The notes beneath the pieces are model-generated. The model saw nothing but the letters and a program-made list of their open reading frames with translations. It had not been told where the DNA came from and made no database searches. Below are positions 12,146 through 27,131 of a stretch of 37,953 bases of DNA, one piece after another. Source of the DNA: a virus (lineage: Duplodnaviria > Heunggongvirae > Uroviricota > Caudoviricetes); IMG/VR virus record IMGVR_UViG_2563366924_000004; one strand, given 5' to 3'. How positions within the stretch are numbered: position 1 is the stretch's first letter; each line of letters opens with the position of its first letter. A program made the position numbers and the translations under genes.

Positions 12146-12786
12146 TTGTCGGTGTACCTCTCTCGTTTGCTCAGTTGTTCAGGAATATGGTGCAACAGCT
12201 CGCCGTCGCCGCAGTAAATGGCGGCATGATTCGGCACCGATGAACCAAAACAGCACAGCAGCACATCGCCCGGCTGCGCCGCTGACAACGGCACCTGATA
12301 CAGCCCTGTGGCCTCCAGATTATCCAGATAGAGATTCTGACCGTGACGCCACCAGTCATCCTCACGATGAAAATCAGGCATCTCAATTCCCGCCAGATGG
12401 TAAGCATCCCGGAACAGCGTGTAACAGTCCGTCACCCCGTGCTCAAAGCGCCGCCCGGTAAGATGTGGCACACAGCGGAACTTGTGAATCGCCCCCCGGC
12501 AGACCAGCCACCACGGCAAATCACTCTGCACCTGCAGCCGCCGGTCGGCCTCACTCAGCCAGGGCAGAGCACCGGGGTGACTGTGGACCAGCGCCACAAT
12601 CTCACCCTGCATTTCTGCCCGCAGCCAGTCCTCCGGAGCCATCCGGAAATACGCCTCCGGCTCACCGGAGATATTCACGCAGGGAAAATATCTTTCCCCT
12701 TCCGGCGTGCTTACCACGAAGCCGCACGACTCCGCTGGCGCACATCGCCGGGCGTGCGCCAGAATCGCTGATTCTGTCTCTGTCAT
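12043..12786 (-). CDS. K: tail tip assembly protein K, long form 247 aa
   Basis: Lambda K-like sequence; start tightly coupled to the L stop. Confidence 0.8.
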   Translation of the reverse strand: MTETESAILAHARRCAPAESCGFVVSTPEGERYFPCVNISGEPEAYFRMAPEDWLRAEMQGEIVALVHSHPGALPWLSEADRRLQVQSDLPWWLVCRGAIHKFRCVPHLTGRRFEHGVTDCYTLFRDAYHLAGIEMPDFHREDDWWRHGQNLYLDNLEATGLYQVPLSAAQPGDVLLCCFGSSVPNHAAIYCGDGELLHHIPEQLSKRERYTDKWQRRTHSLWRHRAWHASAFTGIYNDLAAASTFV

Positions 12787-12791
12787 GGGAT

Positions 12792-13490
12792 TTACTGCGA
12801 AAGTTTGTTAATGGAAAGGAAGCCGCCAAAGTTGCCGACGTTATTGCGAAACTTACAACCGCTCAGGCATTTGCTGCATTTATCCTTCGTGATATCGGAC
12901 GTCGGCTGGTCATATTCATCCGCGACAGCCGGACCGTGATAACCGCACTCATCACCGCGATAGGTCCAGGTGCAGGTATTAGCCAGCATGATGCGGCCCG
13001 GAAAAACGGCACCATCCGTTTCCGTCGGTGTGGAGAGCACAAAGGAAGCACTGACCGCGCTCAGTTCGCTGCACTGCTCGATGCGCCAGCGGCTGATCAC
13101 CTCCTGCTCCGGATCGGCGTCGCTGTTTCCGTTGACGAAGTTCACCGCATCCAGAAAACGGGCGTAAACCTTACGCCGGACCACCGTTCCGCCGACCAGA
13201 CTCTGCAGATCTTCCGCCATCTCGGTGACCATACCGTACAGGTTAGAAACCGTCAGCGTGGGGCGCGTACTGGTGCCTTTGCCATTCAGTTCAAAACCAC
13301 TCCCCTGAATGGGATACGGCTGATACTGTCGCCCCTGCCAGGTGACCGGCTCACCTTTTTCGTTCTGCTCATTACAGAAAAAATAACGTTCTCCACCGAC
13401 CTCTGTCAGGTCGATTTCCCAGAGCACCACGCTGGCCGACTGCTCCGCACGGGTGCATTCATTCAGTGTTTCCTGCCGGATATCCTGCAT
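12792..13490 (-). CDS. L: tail tip protein L, 232 aa
   Basis: Lambda L position and size. Confidence 0.85.
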   Translation of the reverse strand: MQDIRQETLNECTRAEQSASVVLWEIDLTEVGGERYFFCNEQNEKGEPVTWQGRQYQPYPIQGSGFELNGKGTSTRPTLTVSNLYGMVTEMAEDLQSLVGGTVVRRKVYARFLDAVNFVNGNSDADPEQEVISRWRIEQCSELSAVSASFVLSTPTETDGAVFPGRIMLANTCTWTYRGDECGYHGPAVADEYDQPTSDITKDKCSKCLSGCKFRNNVGNFGGFLSINKLSQ

Positions 13491-13819
13491 CAGTTCACCA
13501 CCTGTTCAAACTCTGCGCTGAACTCAACACGCAGCATACTGACCCGCGACGACCATTTTGCGCAGGTCACCTTTATCTGCCGCCACTCATAAGGCGGCGT
13601 CCACAGAAAGGCTTTCCAGCCCCCGTGCTCTTCCAGAAACGACTCCAGTACCGTGGCCTCCTCACGGGGGACAGAAAGCGTCACGCTGTACGTTTTCAGG
13701 TTGGCATTCAGCCCGGCAGGCGCTCGCTGGGAATAGCCATCACCAAAGCGCACCTTTCTTACAGAAGGGGCCGAAGCCACATCCATACCGGGTTTCACTT
13801 TCCAGCGGAAGGTTTTCAT
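13490..13819 (-). CDS. M: tail tip protein M, 109 aa
   Basis: Lambda M position and size. Confidence 0.85.
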   Translation of the reverse strand: MKTFRWKVKPGMDVASAPSVRKVRFGDGYSQRAPAGLNANLKTYSVTLSVPREEATVLESFLEEHGGWKAFLWTPPYEWRQIKVTCAKWSSRVSMLRVEFSAEFEQVVN

Positions 13820-16395
13820 CGTCCACCTCCGGAGAACAGACCACCATCGCGCATCTGTGCCTGGATTTCATCACGGGCACCCTTGCGGGCCATGTCATAC
13901 ACCGCCTTCATCATCTGTGGACCTGGCAGACCATTCGTACCGTCGTTCTGAATCACCACGTGATTGTTCTGATTAAAATTAATGCCTTCAGCCCGCCGCA
14001 TCTGCGCCGGACTTCCGGCACCGCCCACATAACCACCTTCCGCATAGCCCCGCATCAGGCGGTACAGGTTGCCGACACCAATCCGGCTGGTTGCCTCCTT
14101 CGTGAAGACAAATTCACCACGGTGAACAATCCCCGCTGGCTCATATTTGCCGCCGGTTCCCGTAAATCCCCCGGTCGCAAAATGGAATTTCGCCGCAGCG
14201 GCCTGAATGGCTGTACCGCCTGACGCGGATGCGCCGCCACCAACAGCCCCGCCAATGGCGCTGCCGATACTCCCGACAATCCCCACCATTGCCTGCTTAA
14301 GCAGAATTTCTGTCATCATGGACAGCACGGAGCGGGTGAAGCTGCGCCAGTTCTGTTCACTGCCGGTCAGCATCGCCGCCATATTCTGCGCAATACCATC
14401 AAAGGTCTGCGTGGCTGCACTTTTAACCTGCGACATACTGTCCGTGGCACTCTCTTTCCACTCGCTCCAGCCGGACCTGAGGCCTGCCATCCAGTTCCCG
14501 CGAAGCAGGTCTTCAGCCGCCCAGGTCTTTTTCTGCTCTGACATGACGTTATTCAGCGCCAGAGGATTATCGCCATACTGTTCCTTCAGGCGCTGTTCCG
14601 TGGCTTCCCGTTCTGCCTGCCGGTCAGTCAGCCCCCGGCTTTTCGCATCAATAGCGGCCCGTTTTGCCCGTTGCTGCTGTGCGAATTTATCCGCCTGCTG
14701 CGCCAGCGCGTTCAGGCGCTCCTGATACGTAACCTTGTCGCCAAGTGCAGCCAGCTGGCGTTTGTACTCCAGCGTCTCATCTTTATGCGCCAGCAGGGAT
14801 TTCTCCTGTGCAGACAGCTGGCGACGTTGCGCCGCCTCCTCCAGTACCGCGAACTGACTCTCCGCCTTCCACAAATCCCGGCGCTGCTGGCTGATTTTCT
14901 CATTTGCTCCGGCATGCTTCTCCAGCGTCCGGAGTTCTGCCTGAAGCGTCAGCAGGGCAGCATGAGCACTGTCTTCCTGACGATCGCCCGCAGACACCTT
15001 CACGCCGGACTGTTTCGGCTTTTTCAGCGTCGCTTCATAGTCCTTTTTCGCCGCCGCCATCAGCGTGTTGTAATCTGCCTGCAGAATTTTCCCGTCCTTC
15101 AGTGCCTTGTTCAGTTCTTCCTGACGGGCGGTATATTTCTCCAGCGGCGTCTGCAGGCGTTCGTAAGCCTTCTGCGCCTCTTCGGTATATTTCAGCCGTG
15201 ATGCCTCAGACTCGGCCCAGTCCTTTGCTGCCATCTCTCTGGCCTTTTCAAGATCGGCCTGCAACGTGGCGGCTGAAAGCCCAAGTTGCGCATTCGCTCT
15301 GTCCTCCCATGCTCCCCGGAGATTGGCAAGAAATGCTGAGGTTTTACCGCGCCGGTGGCTCCGGCTCTGATACCACTGCCATTTTTTGTCCGCCTCATCA
15401 AAAGCCTTTTCTGCTTTCTCCAGCATTCCCTGGGCAGTGTCCGGGCGACCAATATCCAGCACCGAATCCCACATGGATTTGAATGCCCGTGCTGTCCTGT
15501 CTGCCCAGGTCTCCAGCGTGCCCATGTTCTCTTTCAGGCGGCGGGTCTGGTCATCAAACCCTTTCGTTGCGGCCTCGTTCGCCGCCTGCAATGCCCCGGC
15601 TTCATCTCCGGAACGCTGCAACTGAGCAACATACGCAATCTGCTCCGCCGTCACGTTATGGAACTGACGTGCCATCGCTGTCAGTCCCGACGTCGGGTCT
15701 GTGGTCAGCTTCCCGAAGGCTTCAGCGACCTTGTCCACCTCCACGCCGGATGCAGAGGAGAAACGCGCCACACTCTGGCTGATCGCCTCAAACTGCTCAC
15801 CACCACGCACACCGGCATTCACCAGCGCCGTCAGTGACTCGCTGGTCTGGTTAAACGTCAGCCCTGCCGCCTGCCCGGCTCTGGACAGGACCAGCATACG
15901 ATCTGCCGTCAGTCCCGCCTGATTGCCGGAAAGGACCAGCGTTTTGTTGAAATCGGACAGGGTTGAGTTGCCCTGATACCAGGCATACGCCAGCGCACCG
16001 GTCGCCACCGCCAGCGAGGTGGCCCCCACCATCGGCAGGGTGATCGCACCGGCAAGCCCCCTGAACATGGGGATCATCCCGCCGAAGGAGTCCTTAACCT
16101 GACCACCCTGTTGCAGCAGGATCAGCCACGGGCTTTGCCCGCCTGCAAGCTGCGTGGCCACGTCGGTGAACTGTGCAGGCAGCATACGCATGGCGGCTTT
16201 ATACTGCCCGACGGAAATCCCCGCTTTCTGTGCAGCCAGCGCCTGTCGGCTCAGCGACTGTTCAACGACTGCCGCTGTTTTTTTCGCATCAGTTTCCGTA
16301 CCGGAAAAATGACGCCTGACTCTGGCCATCTGCTCGTCAAATCTGGCCGCATCCAGACTTAAATCAACGACCAGATCGCCTACCGGTTCAGCCAT
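13816..16395 (-). CDS. H: tail tape measure protein H, 859 aa
   Basis: Long coiled-coil-rich protein with Gly-rich C-terminus; lambda H-like N-terminus MAEPVGDLVVDLSLDAARFDEQ. Confidence 0.9.
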   Translation of the reverse strand: MAEPVGDLVVDLSLDAARFDEQMARVRRHFSGTETDAKKTAAVVEQSLSRQALAAQKAGISVGQYKAAMRMLPAQFTDVATQLAGGQSPWLILLQQGGQVKDSFGGMIPMFRGLAGAITLPMVGATSLAVATGALAYAWYQGNSTLSDFNKTLVLSGNQAGLTADRMLVLSRAGQAAGLTFNQTSESLTALVNAGVRGGEQFEAISQSVARFSSASGVEVDKVAEAFGKLTTDPTSGLTAMARQFHNVTAEQIAYVAQLQRSGDEAGALQAANEAATKGFDDQTRRLKENMGTLETWADRTARAFKSMWDSVLDIGRPDTAQGMLEKAEKAFDEADKKWQWYQSRSHRRGKTSAFLANLRGAWEDRANAQLGLSAATLQADLEKAREMAAKDWAESEASRLKYTEEAQKAYERLQTPLEKYTARQEELNKALKDGKILQADYNTLMAAAKKDYEATLKKPKQSGVKVSAGDRQEDSAHAALLTLQAELRTLEKHAGANEKISQQRRDLWKAESQFAVLEEAAQRRQLSAQEKSLLAHKDETLEYKRQLAALGDKVTYQERLNALAQQADKFAQQQRAKRAAIDAKSRGLTDRQAEREATEQRLKEQYGDNPLALNNVMSEQKKTWAAEDLLRGNWMAGLRSGWSEWKESATDSMSQVKSAATQTFDGIAQNMAAMLTGSEQNWRSFTRSVLSMMTEILLKQAMVGIVGSIGSAIGGAVGGGASASGGTAIQAAAAKFHFATGGFTGTGGKYEPAGIVHRGEFVFTKEATSRIGVGNLYRLMRGYAEGGYVGGAGSPAQMRRAEGINFNQNNHVVIQNDGTNGLPGPQMMKAVYDMARKGARDEIQAQMRDGGLFSGGGR

Positions 16396-16822
16396 ACCGG
16401 ACTCCTCCTGCGATCCCTTCTGATACTGTCATCAGCATTACGTCATCCTCCGTCATGTCCGCCACATCCGGGGAAGCGGGGATAACTTCATTCCCGTCCG
16501 GGCCAAAACGAACGCCTCCGGCAAGCCCTGCCGCTTTCTGCATCAGCACATCATCTTCAGGCTCTTCGTCAGCCTCGCGCCGGTTCAGCAGACTGAAATC
16601 CAGCGGATGCATCTCCGGATCGCTGAAAAACAGGCTGAGCACGGTGTACGTCAGCCCGGAAAAGTGCATATCCAGCAGAACATCATGAAAATAATGGGTA
16701 CTGTAAAAGCGGTGCCAGTCGGCATACTCCGTGGATGACATCCCGGCAAGCATGGCGCGCCAGTCGGGTCGCCCCATCTCACGCGCCAGTTTCAGGGCAA
16801 AACTCAGCTCACCGTCGAACAC
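16388..16822 (-). CDS. T: T segment of the G-T tail assembly chaperone, expressed by -1 frameshift from G
   Basis: ORF overlapping the 3' end of G in the -1 frame; slippery heptamer at the overlap. Confidence 0.8.
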   Translation of the reverse strand: MFDGELSFALKLAREMGRPDWRAMLAGMSSTEYADWHRFYSTHYFHDVLLDMHFSGLTYTVLSLFFSDPEMHPLDFSLLNRREADEEPEDDVLMQKAAGLAGGVRFGPDGNEVIPASPDVADMTEDDVMLMTVSEGIAGGVRYG

Positions 16823-17226
16823 TTTCCCGCAGAAACAGGCTCTGCAGGCCCGGCGTCCTCTGCCTGTTCAGGAGCATCATTCACCACAAACTCATACATA
16901 CCGGACAGCCGGTACACCACGTTTTCAGCATGAGAAATTGCCTCTGTGGGCCAGGTGGTAAGCACTTCCTGCTCAATCTGTTTAACGGCTTCATTCATGG
17001 AAGGCAGCTTTGTCTTCTTCGGATGGTTATGCCACAGGGACATCGCCACCAGAAACGCGCCGGTTCTGATGGCGTCTTCCACAGTAAACTTCCGGTTGCT
17101 GTCTGACTCCGCCTGTTCTGCCTGCCGTTTCATCAGGGCGAGATGCTCAATACGCTGCAGGGCTGACAGTTCAGAAAGCGTGACGGTCACACCGTTATGT
17201 TCAAATGATTCGGTTTTCAGGAACAT
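16804..17226 (-). CDS. G: tail assembly chaperone G, 140 aa
   Basis: Lambda G position and size. Confidence 0.85.
   Translation of the reverse strand: MFLKTESFEHNGVTVTLSELSALQRIEHLALMKRQAEQAESDSNRKFTVEDAIRTGAFLVAMSLWHNHPKKTKLPSMNEAVKQIEQEVLTTWPTEAISHAENVVYRLSGMYEFVVNDAPEQAEDAGPAEPVSAGKCSTVS
16822..16828 (-). other. programmed -1 ribosomal frameshift slippery site GGGAAAG (G to G-T)
   Basis: Minus-strand GGGAAAG at the G/T overlap, the same heptamer used by lambda. Confidence 0.75.
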
Positions 17227-17241
17227 CGCTGACTCTCCGGA

Positions 17242-17982
17242 TTAACTGGCGGTGACGTTGATTTCTGCAACCGCAGCAAACTCACCATTACCGGATACGA
17301 CCGGAATGTTGACCTTGCCTGCAGCAACACCTTTCACGGTGATGGTCATACCACTGACCGACACGGTGGCTTTTGTTTTATCCGCAGACACCGCACGGAA
17401 GCTCTTGTCGGTTGCGCCATCCGGCTGGAATGCCACGGTCAGCGTGGTGCTCTGCCCTTTCACTACGGAAGCACTGGCGGGTGTCACCGTCATGCCGGTT
17501 GTCGCCGTCACCGTGCTGCGATCTTCTGCCATCGACGGACGTCCCACATTGGTGACCTTCACCGTGCGGGTAATCACTTCCTTCGCCGTCACCGCCTTAC
17601 CGATACTGCTGACCCAGCCACGGAACACATCGACCGTGCCGTTCGGGAAGCGGATTTTATAGGCACGGGTATCGCCTTCATTAAACCACGCCAGCAGCGC
17701 CTGCTGCCCCTGCTCTCCGGGCATCCACGCCAGCGTGAAGCTGGTATCTCCGGCAGATTTCTGCCCCTGCCCGGTCGCAGTCCAGTCTGCATCTTCATCA
17801 TCGAGATAGCTGTCGTCATAAGACTCAGCGGTCAGTTCGCCGGGCGTCAGGTCTTTAACTTTTGCCAGACGCGACCAGTCAACGTCTGAAAGCGGATTCG
17901 CATAAGGGTCACCACTCCCCTTATAAACCCACAGGGTGGTCCCGGCCCCTTTCACCGGCATTACAGGATTTGGTACAGGCAT
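17242..17982 (-). CDS. V: major tail tube protein V, 246 aa with C-terminal Ig-like domain
   Basis: Lambda V-like sequence from [22 protein letters not shown]; the longer 256-aa ORF starts at a poorer upstream codon. Confidence 0.85.
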   Translation of the reverse strand: MPVPNPVMPVKGAGTTLWVYKGSGDPYANPLSDVDWSRLAKVKDLTPGELTAESYDDSYLDDEDADWTATGQGQKSAGDTSFTLAWMPGEQGQQALLAWFNEGDTRAYKIRFPNGTVDVFRGWVSSIGKAVTAKEVITRTVKVTNVGRPSMAEDRSTVTATTGMTVTPASASVVKGQSTTLTVAFQPDGATDKSFRAVSADKTKATVSVSGMTITVKGVAAGKVNIPVVSGNGEFAAVAEINVTAS

Positions 17983-17989
17983 AGCGTCC

Positions 17990-18385
17990 TCACATTTCAT
18001 AGGTAATGACATAAGTCAGATCGGCTGAACTCCACAGGCCCGCATCATCGTCGCGCCGATAGTCATAGCCGCTGGTCACCATACTGGTGATCAAATCTGA
18101 CAGTGCCGGGATATCACTCATCACCGGATAAATCCGGGACTCCATCCACGCATCCAGCTCTGAATCCGGCACCTGAGCAGGCAGGAAAACTTCAATATGC
18201 AGCTCCGCCTGCCAGGTATCGCTGTCCAGCTCTTCGCCCGTGTATTCAGCGCCGGTGAGATAAACGGCAATTGCCGGAAAATCTTCCTCATCAAAAACAG
18301 CGGGGCGACCATCAAAAAGCGTCGCCCCGGTGTCATGCTTCTCCAGTGCATCCAGTACGGCTGCTCGGAGTTCAGTATGTTTCAT
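17990..18385 (-). CDS. U: tail terminator protein U, 131 aa
   Basis: Lambda U position and size. Confidence 0.85.
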   Translation of the reverse strand: MKHTELRAAVLDALEKHDTGATLFDGRPAVFDEEDFPAIAVYLTGAEYTGEELDSDTWQAELHIEVFLPAQVPDSELDAWMESRIYPVMSDIPALSDLITSMVTSGYDYRRDDDAGLWSSADLTYVITYEM

Positions 18386-18960
18386 CGCTTTATTACCATC
18401 CTCAGTTGATGCTGCAGCGCATAGCCCAGCTCTTTCGGAAGACGCTCACGCCGTATCCGCTCAATATTCTGTTTAAACGCCGTGGTCAGCGGCACCGCCA
18501 TCGGGATTTTCACCACATCAATGGGGTAACGATTTTTCCCGGCCACACGCTGCATGACATGCCAGCGGCCATTTTTCAGTTGCTGAATAAACGCGCCGGG
18601 AATACGACGGTTTCCCACCACAAGCACGCTGCCGCCACCTTTCAGGGCTGAACGCTGCCCCTTTTTACGACGCCTGCGTCGGGACAGGACAATCCGCGCG
18701 TTACCCAGCTTTATTACGGGCAAATCCCCCCGGTTAACCCTGATTCTGGCCTGCGGATTTTTGACCGTGGCCCTTTTCAGCCTGGCCCTTTCCTTTACCA
18801 GTTTCCGGCGTACCTTTGTCTCACGGGCAACCTGTGACGCCGACTGCGATATCGCGGATGAAGCAACGCGGTTAATGGCCATTGCGGCGGCACCGGGCAC
18901 CGCCGTTCTTCTGATACGGCTGAGGTTTTCAACGGCCTGCTCAAGACCTTTTATGGCCAT
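18382..18960 (-). CDS. Z: tail completion protein Z, 192 aa
   Basis: Lambda Z position and size. Confidence 0.85.
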   Translation of the reverse strand: MAIKGLEQAVENLSRIRRTAVPGAAAMAINRVASSAISQSASQVARETKVRRKLVKERARLKRATVKNPQARIRVNRGDLPVIKLGNARIVLSRRRRRKKGQRSALKGGGSVLVVGNRRIPGAFIQQLKNGRWHVMQRVAGKNRYPIDVVKIPMAVPLTTAFKQNIERIRRERLPKELGYALQHQLRMVIKR

Positions 18961-18971
18961 ACATCCCCCTT

Positions 18972-19325
18972 TCAGCGGCGACGGTTAACGGCAGGCGGTA
19001 CGCCCCGCCCAAGCCAGAGATGACAGCTTCCGCCATCATCCGGCGAAATCCGGTCTATCCAGAAGTTTTCCTCACCGATGGTCAGCGTGTCGCCGCGCCG
19101 CAGCTGCCGCACATCATCAGTCCGGACAAACAGGGACGGGCTGGAGCCTTCAACGCGCACGCCCTGTCCGGCATAGCTGATATTTTCAGGGTCATCAAAA
19201 ACACCACGTATCACAGCACCGGACTGCTCACCGGATGTCATGGTGGCTGACGTTCCCATGTACCCGCGTATCGTTTCATCGGCGCGGGCAATGGCAGCAT
19301 CGAACAGGTTATCGAAATCAGCCAC
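18972..19325 (-). CDS. FII: head-tail joining protein FII, 117 aa
   Basis: Lambda FII position and size. Confidence 0.85.
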   Translation of the reverse strand: MADFDNLFDAAIARADETIRGYMGTSATMTSGEQSGAVIRGVFDDPENISYAGQGVRVEGSSPSLFVRTDDVRQLRRGDTLTIGEENFWIDRISPDDGGSCHLWLGRGVPPAVNRRR

Positions 19326-19336
19326 AGCGCCTCCCG

Positions 19337-19732
19337 TTATTGCATTCTGGCCAGGCCGCGCTCTGTCATTTCAGCTGACACACCGGCAGAGACACGGAAC
19401 GCCGTTCCCGGCAGCACAAATGCCACAGCCTCATCCCGCGTGGCGTGAAGTGCATCAGTATGCAGCGTCACCAGTGCCACAACCGTGACCAGATCAGCCG
19501 TATCAGTCACGGTATCCGGCTGCGCTGATACCACCTCATTTTCATGTCCGGTCAGCGCATTTTCCGGGCTGACAGATGTGTCCTGACCGGCAGCGTCATC
19601 CGTGTCATCAATCTCCTCTTCCAGCTCTGCCACACGGAGCACCAGTTCTTCTTTCGTCCCCGTCAGGCTGACATCACGGTTCAGTTGCTCACCCAGCACC
19701 TGAAGACGGGCAATCAGTTCATCTTTCGTCAT
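19337..19732 (-). CDS. FI: DNA packaging protein FI, about 132 aa
   Basis: Start taken at MTKDELIARL inside the 144-aa ORF; lambda FI-like. Confidence 0.8.
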   Translation of the reverse strand: MTKDELIARLQVLGEQLNRDVSLTGTKEELVLRVAELEEEIDDTDDAAGQDTSVSPENALTGHENEVVSAQPDTVTDTADLVTVVALVTLHTDALHATRDEAVAFVLPGTAFRVSAGVSAEMTERGLARMQ

Positions 19733-19773
19733 GGACTCCTCCACAGAGAGAAAATGGCCCCGAAGGGCCATGA

Positions 19774-20799
19774 TTACGCCAGTTGTACGGACACGAACGC
19801 ATCAGGGTCAGCCAGCAGCATCAGCGGTGCTGACTGAATCATGGTGAACTCACGCGCCGGATCGCCGGTGGTCACCCAGTTTTTCGGGTAGCGGGCAGAG
19901 GCGTTAATACCTTCGCGCTGTGCGTCCGCATCCTGAATGCAGCCATAGGTGCGCAGACCGCGTGCCTGAGTGTTCCCCAGCACCATCGTGTTGTCCGGAA
20001 GGAAGTTCTTTTTGACGTCGTTTTCCACGTACTGTCCGGAATACACGACGATCGCCGTATCGCCATACATCCCCTTATAGGACACCGCTTCGCCCAGGTC
20101 TTTTACCGCTGTCTCCAGCTCGGAATTAGAGCCGCGACGGGTATCCAGCTTCTCCCTGACGGCTTTGAAGGAACGGAACAGCGCCCAGCCTTTCGGATCA
20201 AACACGATGATATTCACCACTCCGCTGGCGTTCAGCGCATAGGCTTCGATATCGTCGGTCGGGTCATACGTGGACTTGTCACGCTTGCTCCACTCCGTAC
20301 CACCGGACTGTGTGATGTTGTTCGCCGCACTGCGGCCCATATCCACCTCAACCGGATCGAAGGCTTCACCGGTCATGGTGTATTTGCCCTTAAGCACAGC
20401 AGAAACTGCCTGCATCTCTTCGACCTGAGCAATGGCCAGCTCTTCGTCTCGCATGTTCTGCATGATGATGCGACGGCGGCGGTAAGCCGGGTCCGCCAGA
20501 TTCTGCGGATCTTCATCCGGCAGGCGACGCAGGGTCATCTGCGGATTCACCTCATGCTTCGGCTTGACATATCCCGGTGTAAATTCAGAGGTGGAGCCGC
20601 CACGGGAGCGGATAACCTCACCGGAAACAATCGGCGAAACGTACAGCGCCATGTTTACCAGTCCCGGAATTTGTGAGAGATAGACTTTCTCCGTGGTGAA
20701 GGGATAGCTCTCACGGAAAAAGAGACGCAGAAACAGCGGATCAAACTTAAATTTCTTCTCATTTGCCGCCAGCAGCTGGGCGGTTGTGTACATCGACAT
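19774..20799 (-). CDS. E: major capsid protein E, 341 aa
   Basis: Lambda E-like sequence from MSMYTTAQLLAANE. Confidence 0.9.
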   Translation of the reverse strand: MSMYTTAQLLAANEKKFKFDPLFLRLFFRESYPFTTEKVYLSQIPGLVNMALYVSPIVSGEVIRSRGGSTSEFTPGYVKPKHEVNPQMTLRRLPDEDPQNLADPAYRRRRIIMQNMRDEELAIAQVEEMQAVSAVLKGKYTMTGEAFDPVEVDMGRSAANNITQSGGTEWSKRDKSTYDPTDDIEAYALNASGVVNIIVFDPKGWALFRSFKAVREKLDTRRGSNSELETAVKDLGEAVSYKGMYGDTAIVVYSGQYVENDVKKNFLPDNTMVLGNTQARGLRTYGCIQDADAQREGINASARYPKNWVTTGDPAREFTMIQSAPLMLLADPDAFVSVQLA

Positions 20800-20854
20800 A
20801 AAAAAATCCCATAAAAAAAGCCGCACAGGCGGCCTTTAGTGATGAAGGGTAAGG

Positions 20855-21187
20855 TTAAACGATGCTGATTGCCGTTCCGGCAAACGCGGTCCGTTTTTTC
20901 GTCTCGTCGCTGGCAGCCTCCGGCCAGAGCACATCCTCATAACGGAACGTGCCGGACTTGTAGAACATCAGTGTGGTGCTGGTCTGGTCAGCAGCAACCG
21001 CCAGAATGCCAACGGCAGCACCGTCGGTGGTGCCATCCCACGCAACCAGCTTACGGGTGGAGGTGTCCAGCATCAGCGGGGTCATTGCAGGCGCTTTCGC
21101 ACTCAATCCGCCGGGCGCGGTTGCGGTATGAGCCGGGTCACTGTTGCCCAGCGGCTGGTAATGGGTAAAGGTTTCTTTGCTCGTCAT
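20855..21187 (-). CDS. D: head decoration protein D, 110 aa
   Basis: Lambda D-like sequence from [12 protein letters not shown]. Confidence 0.85.
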   Translation of the reverse strand: MTSKETFTHYQPLGNSDPAHTATAPGGLSAKAPAMTPLMLDTSTRKLVAWDGTTDGAAVGILAVAADQTSTTLMFYKSGTFRYEDVLWPEAASDETKKRTAFAGTAISIV

Positions 21188-21196
21188 AAACATCCC

Positions 21197-22496
21197 TTAC
21201 ACTGGTGTGTTCAGCAAATCGTTAACGGCATCAGATGCCGGGTTACCTGCAGCCAGCGGTGCCGGTGCCCCCTGCATCAGACGATCCAGCGCAGTGTCAC
21301 TGCGCGCCTGTGCACTCTGTGGTGCTGCGGCCAGAATGCGGCGGGCCGTTTCCACGGTCATACCGGGGGTTTCTGCCAGCACGCGGGCCTGTTCTTCGCG
21401 TCCGTGAGCCTCCTCACAGTTGAGGATCCCCATAATGCGGCTGTTTTCTGCCGCAACCGCAGCGGTGATCTGCGCGTTCACGTCCGGCTGCGCCGCGCTG
21501 GCGTTTTCGCCCTCCGTCGCTGGCACCACGTCAGTAACGTCAGCCTGCGAAGCAGTGGCTGAAACAGTTGTTGATTGAGTCTCTTTGGTCATTCGCCCTC
21601 CTGAGAGACGGGATTTACGTGCATCCAGTGCATCACGCATAACGGTGATCGCATCGGTGCTGTTGACAAGTTCATCAGCCAGTCCGGCATCAATGGCCTC
21701 CTGACCGCTGTACACTGCAGCCTCGGTATCCAGCACAGCCTGCACGGACAGGCCGGTATATGCCGACACCTTCTGCGCAAACATCCGGCGGGTTGCATCC
21801 ATCCGGGACTGCAGTGTCTCCCGGACGTCATCCGGAAGATGGCTGTAGGGGTTGCCATCCACCTTATGGCTGCCGCTGTAAATCAGCGTGATTTCCACGC
21901 CCTGTTTCTCCAGCGCAGCGCCGTAATTACTGTGAGCCATCATGACGCCGATGGAGCCTGTCCGTGCGGTCTGCGTGACCAGACGTCGGGAGGCGGCACT
22001 GGCAAGCAGCTGACCTGCACTGCAGTTCATGTCGTTGGCCAGCGCCCATACCGGCTTTATGTCACGCACACGGGCGATGATGTCAGCGCAGTCAAATGCT
22101 CCCGCCACCATTCCGCCCGGTGTGTCCATATCGAGCAGAATGCCGTCCACCATCGGGTCGCTGGCAGCCTGTTGCAGACGGGCGATAATGCCGTTGTAAC
22201 CGGTCATCCCCGAGTACGGCTGCAGCGCCCGCGTCCGGCTGACCAGCGTGCCGGACACCGGCAGCACGGCGATGCCGTTCATGACCTGATAACTGCGGGC
22301 CTGTCGTGGTCCGTCATCATCACCGGATAATGCCAGCGTCGCGGGTGCCTCCTGGGCAGTCAGGCTGTCGCCGGACACCGCATCCGTCAGGCGGCTGATC
22401 CCAAGCTGGCCTGCAAGCGCACAAAAGAAAACCCGCGCATAGGCGGGTTCAAGCATCAGCGGCTCATTAAAGGCCATGCTGGCAATATGCGGGAGA

Positions 22497-22516
<20 letters not shown>
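21197..22516 (-). CDS. C: capsid assembly protease C (ClpP-like serine protease) with nested scaffold Nu3 reading frame, 439 aa from GTG
   Basis: GTG start giving VTAELRNLPHIASMAFNEP; overlaps the 3' end of B by 20 nt. Confidence 0.85.
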
Positions 22517-26197
<3,681 letters not shown>

Positions 26198-26223
<26 letters not shown>

Positions 26224-26743
26224 TCAGCAACCCCGGTATCAGTTCATCCAGCGCGGCTGCTTTGTTCATGGCTTTGATGATATCCCGTTTCAGGAAATCA
26301 ACATGTCGGTTTTCCAGTTCCGGAAAACGCCGCTGCACCGACAGGGGGATCCCGTCGAGAATACTGGCAATTTCACCTGCGATCCGCGACAGCACGAAAG
26401 TACAGAATGCGGTTTCCACCACTTCAGCGGAGTCTCTGGCATTCTTCAGTTCCTGTGCGTCGGCCTGCGCACGCGTAAGTCGATGGCGTTCGTACTCAAT
26501 AGTCCCTGGCTGGAGATCTGCCTCGCTGGCCTGCCGCAGTTCTTCAACTTCCCGGCGCAGCTTTTCGTTCTCAATTTCAGCATCCCTTTCGGCATACCAT
26601 CTTATAACGGCGGCAGAGTCATAAAGCACCTCATTACCCTTGCCACCGCCTCGCAGAACGGGCATTCCCTGTTCCTGCCAGTTCTGAATGGTACGGATAC
26701 TCGCACCGAAAATGTCAGCCAGCTGCTTTTTGTTGACTTCCAT
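26198..26743 (-). CDS. Nu1: terminase small subunit Nu1, 181 aa
   Basis: Lambda Nu1-like N-terminus MEVNKKQLADIFGASIRTIQNWQEQGMPVLRGGGKGNEVLYD; cos site immediately upstream. Confidence 0.9.
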
Positions 26744-26759
26744 TGTTCATTCCACGGCC

Positions 26760-27000
26760 AAAAACAGAGAAAGGAAACGACAGAGGCCCAAAAGCTCGTT
26801 TTCAGCACCTGTCGTTTCCTTTCTTTTCAGGGGGTATTTTAAATAAAAACATTAAGTTACAACGAAGAAGAACGGAAACGCCTTAAACCGGAAAATTTTC
26901 ATAAATAGCGAAAACCCGCGAGGTCGCCGCCCCGTAACCTGTCGGATCGCCGGAAAGGACCCGCAAAATGATAATAATTATCATCTGCATGTCACAACGT
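26760..27000 (-). promoter_or_regulatory. cos: lambda-type cos region (cosQ-cosN-cosB); 12-nt cohesive end sequence at 26921-26932
   Basis: Minus-strand GGGCGGCGACCTCGCGGGTTTTCGCTATTTATGAAAATTTTCCGGTTTAAGG equals the lambda left end as I recall it; lambda right-end-like sequence on the other side. Confidence 0.8.
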
Positions 27001-27131
27001 GCATCTACGCCATCAAACCACGTCAAATAATCAATTATGACGCAGATATCGTATTAATTGATCTGCATCAACTTAACGTAAAAACAACTTCAGACAATAC
27101 AAATCAGCGACACTGAATACGGGACAACCTC

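Noticed and set aside
14207-16362. Several 80-190 aa plus-strand ORFs
   Set aside because: All antisense to the tape measure gene H; no RBS signals and low-complexity composition.
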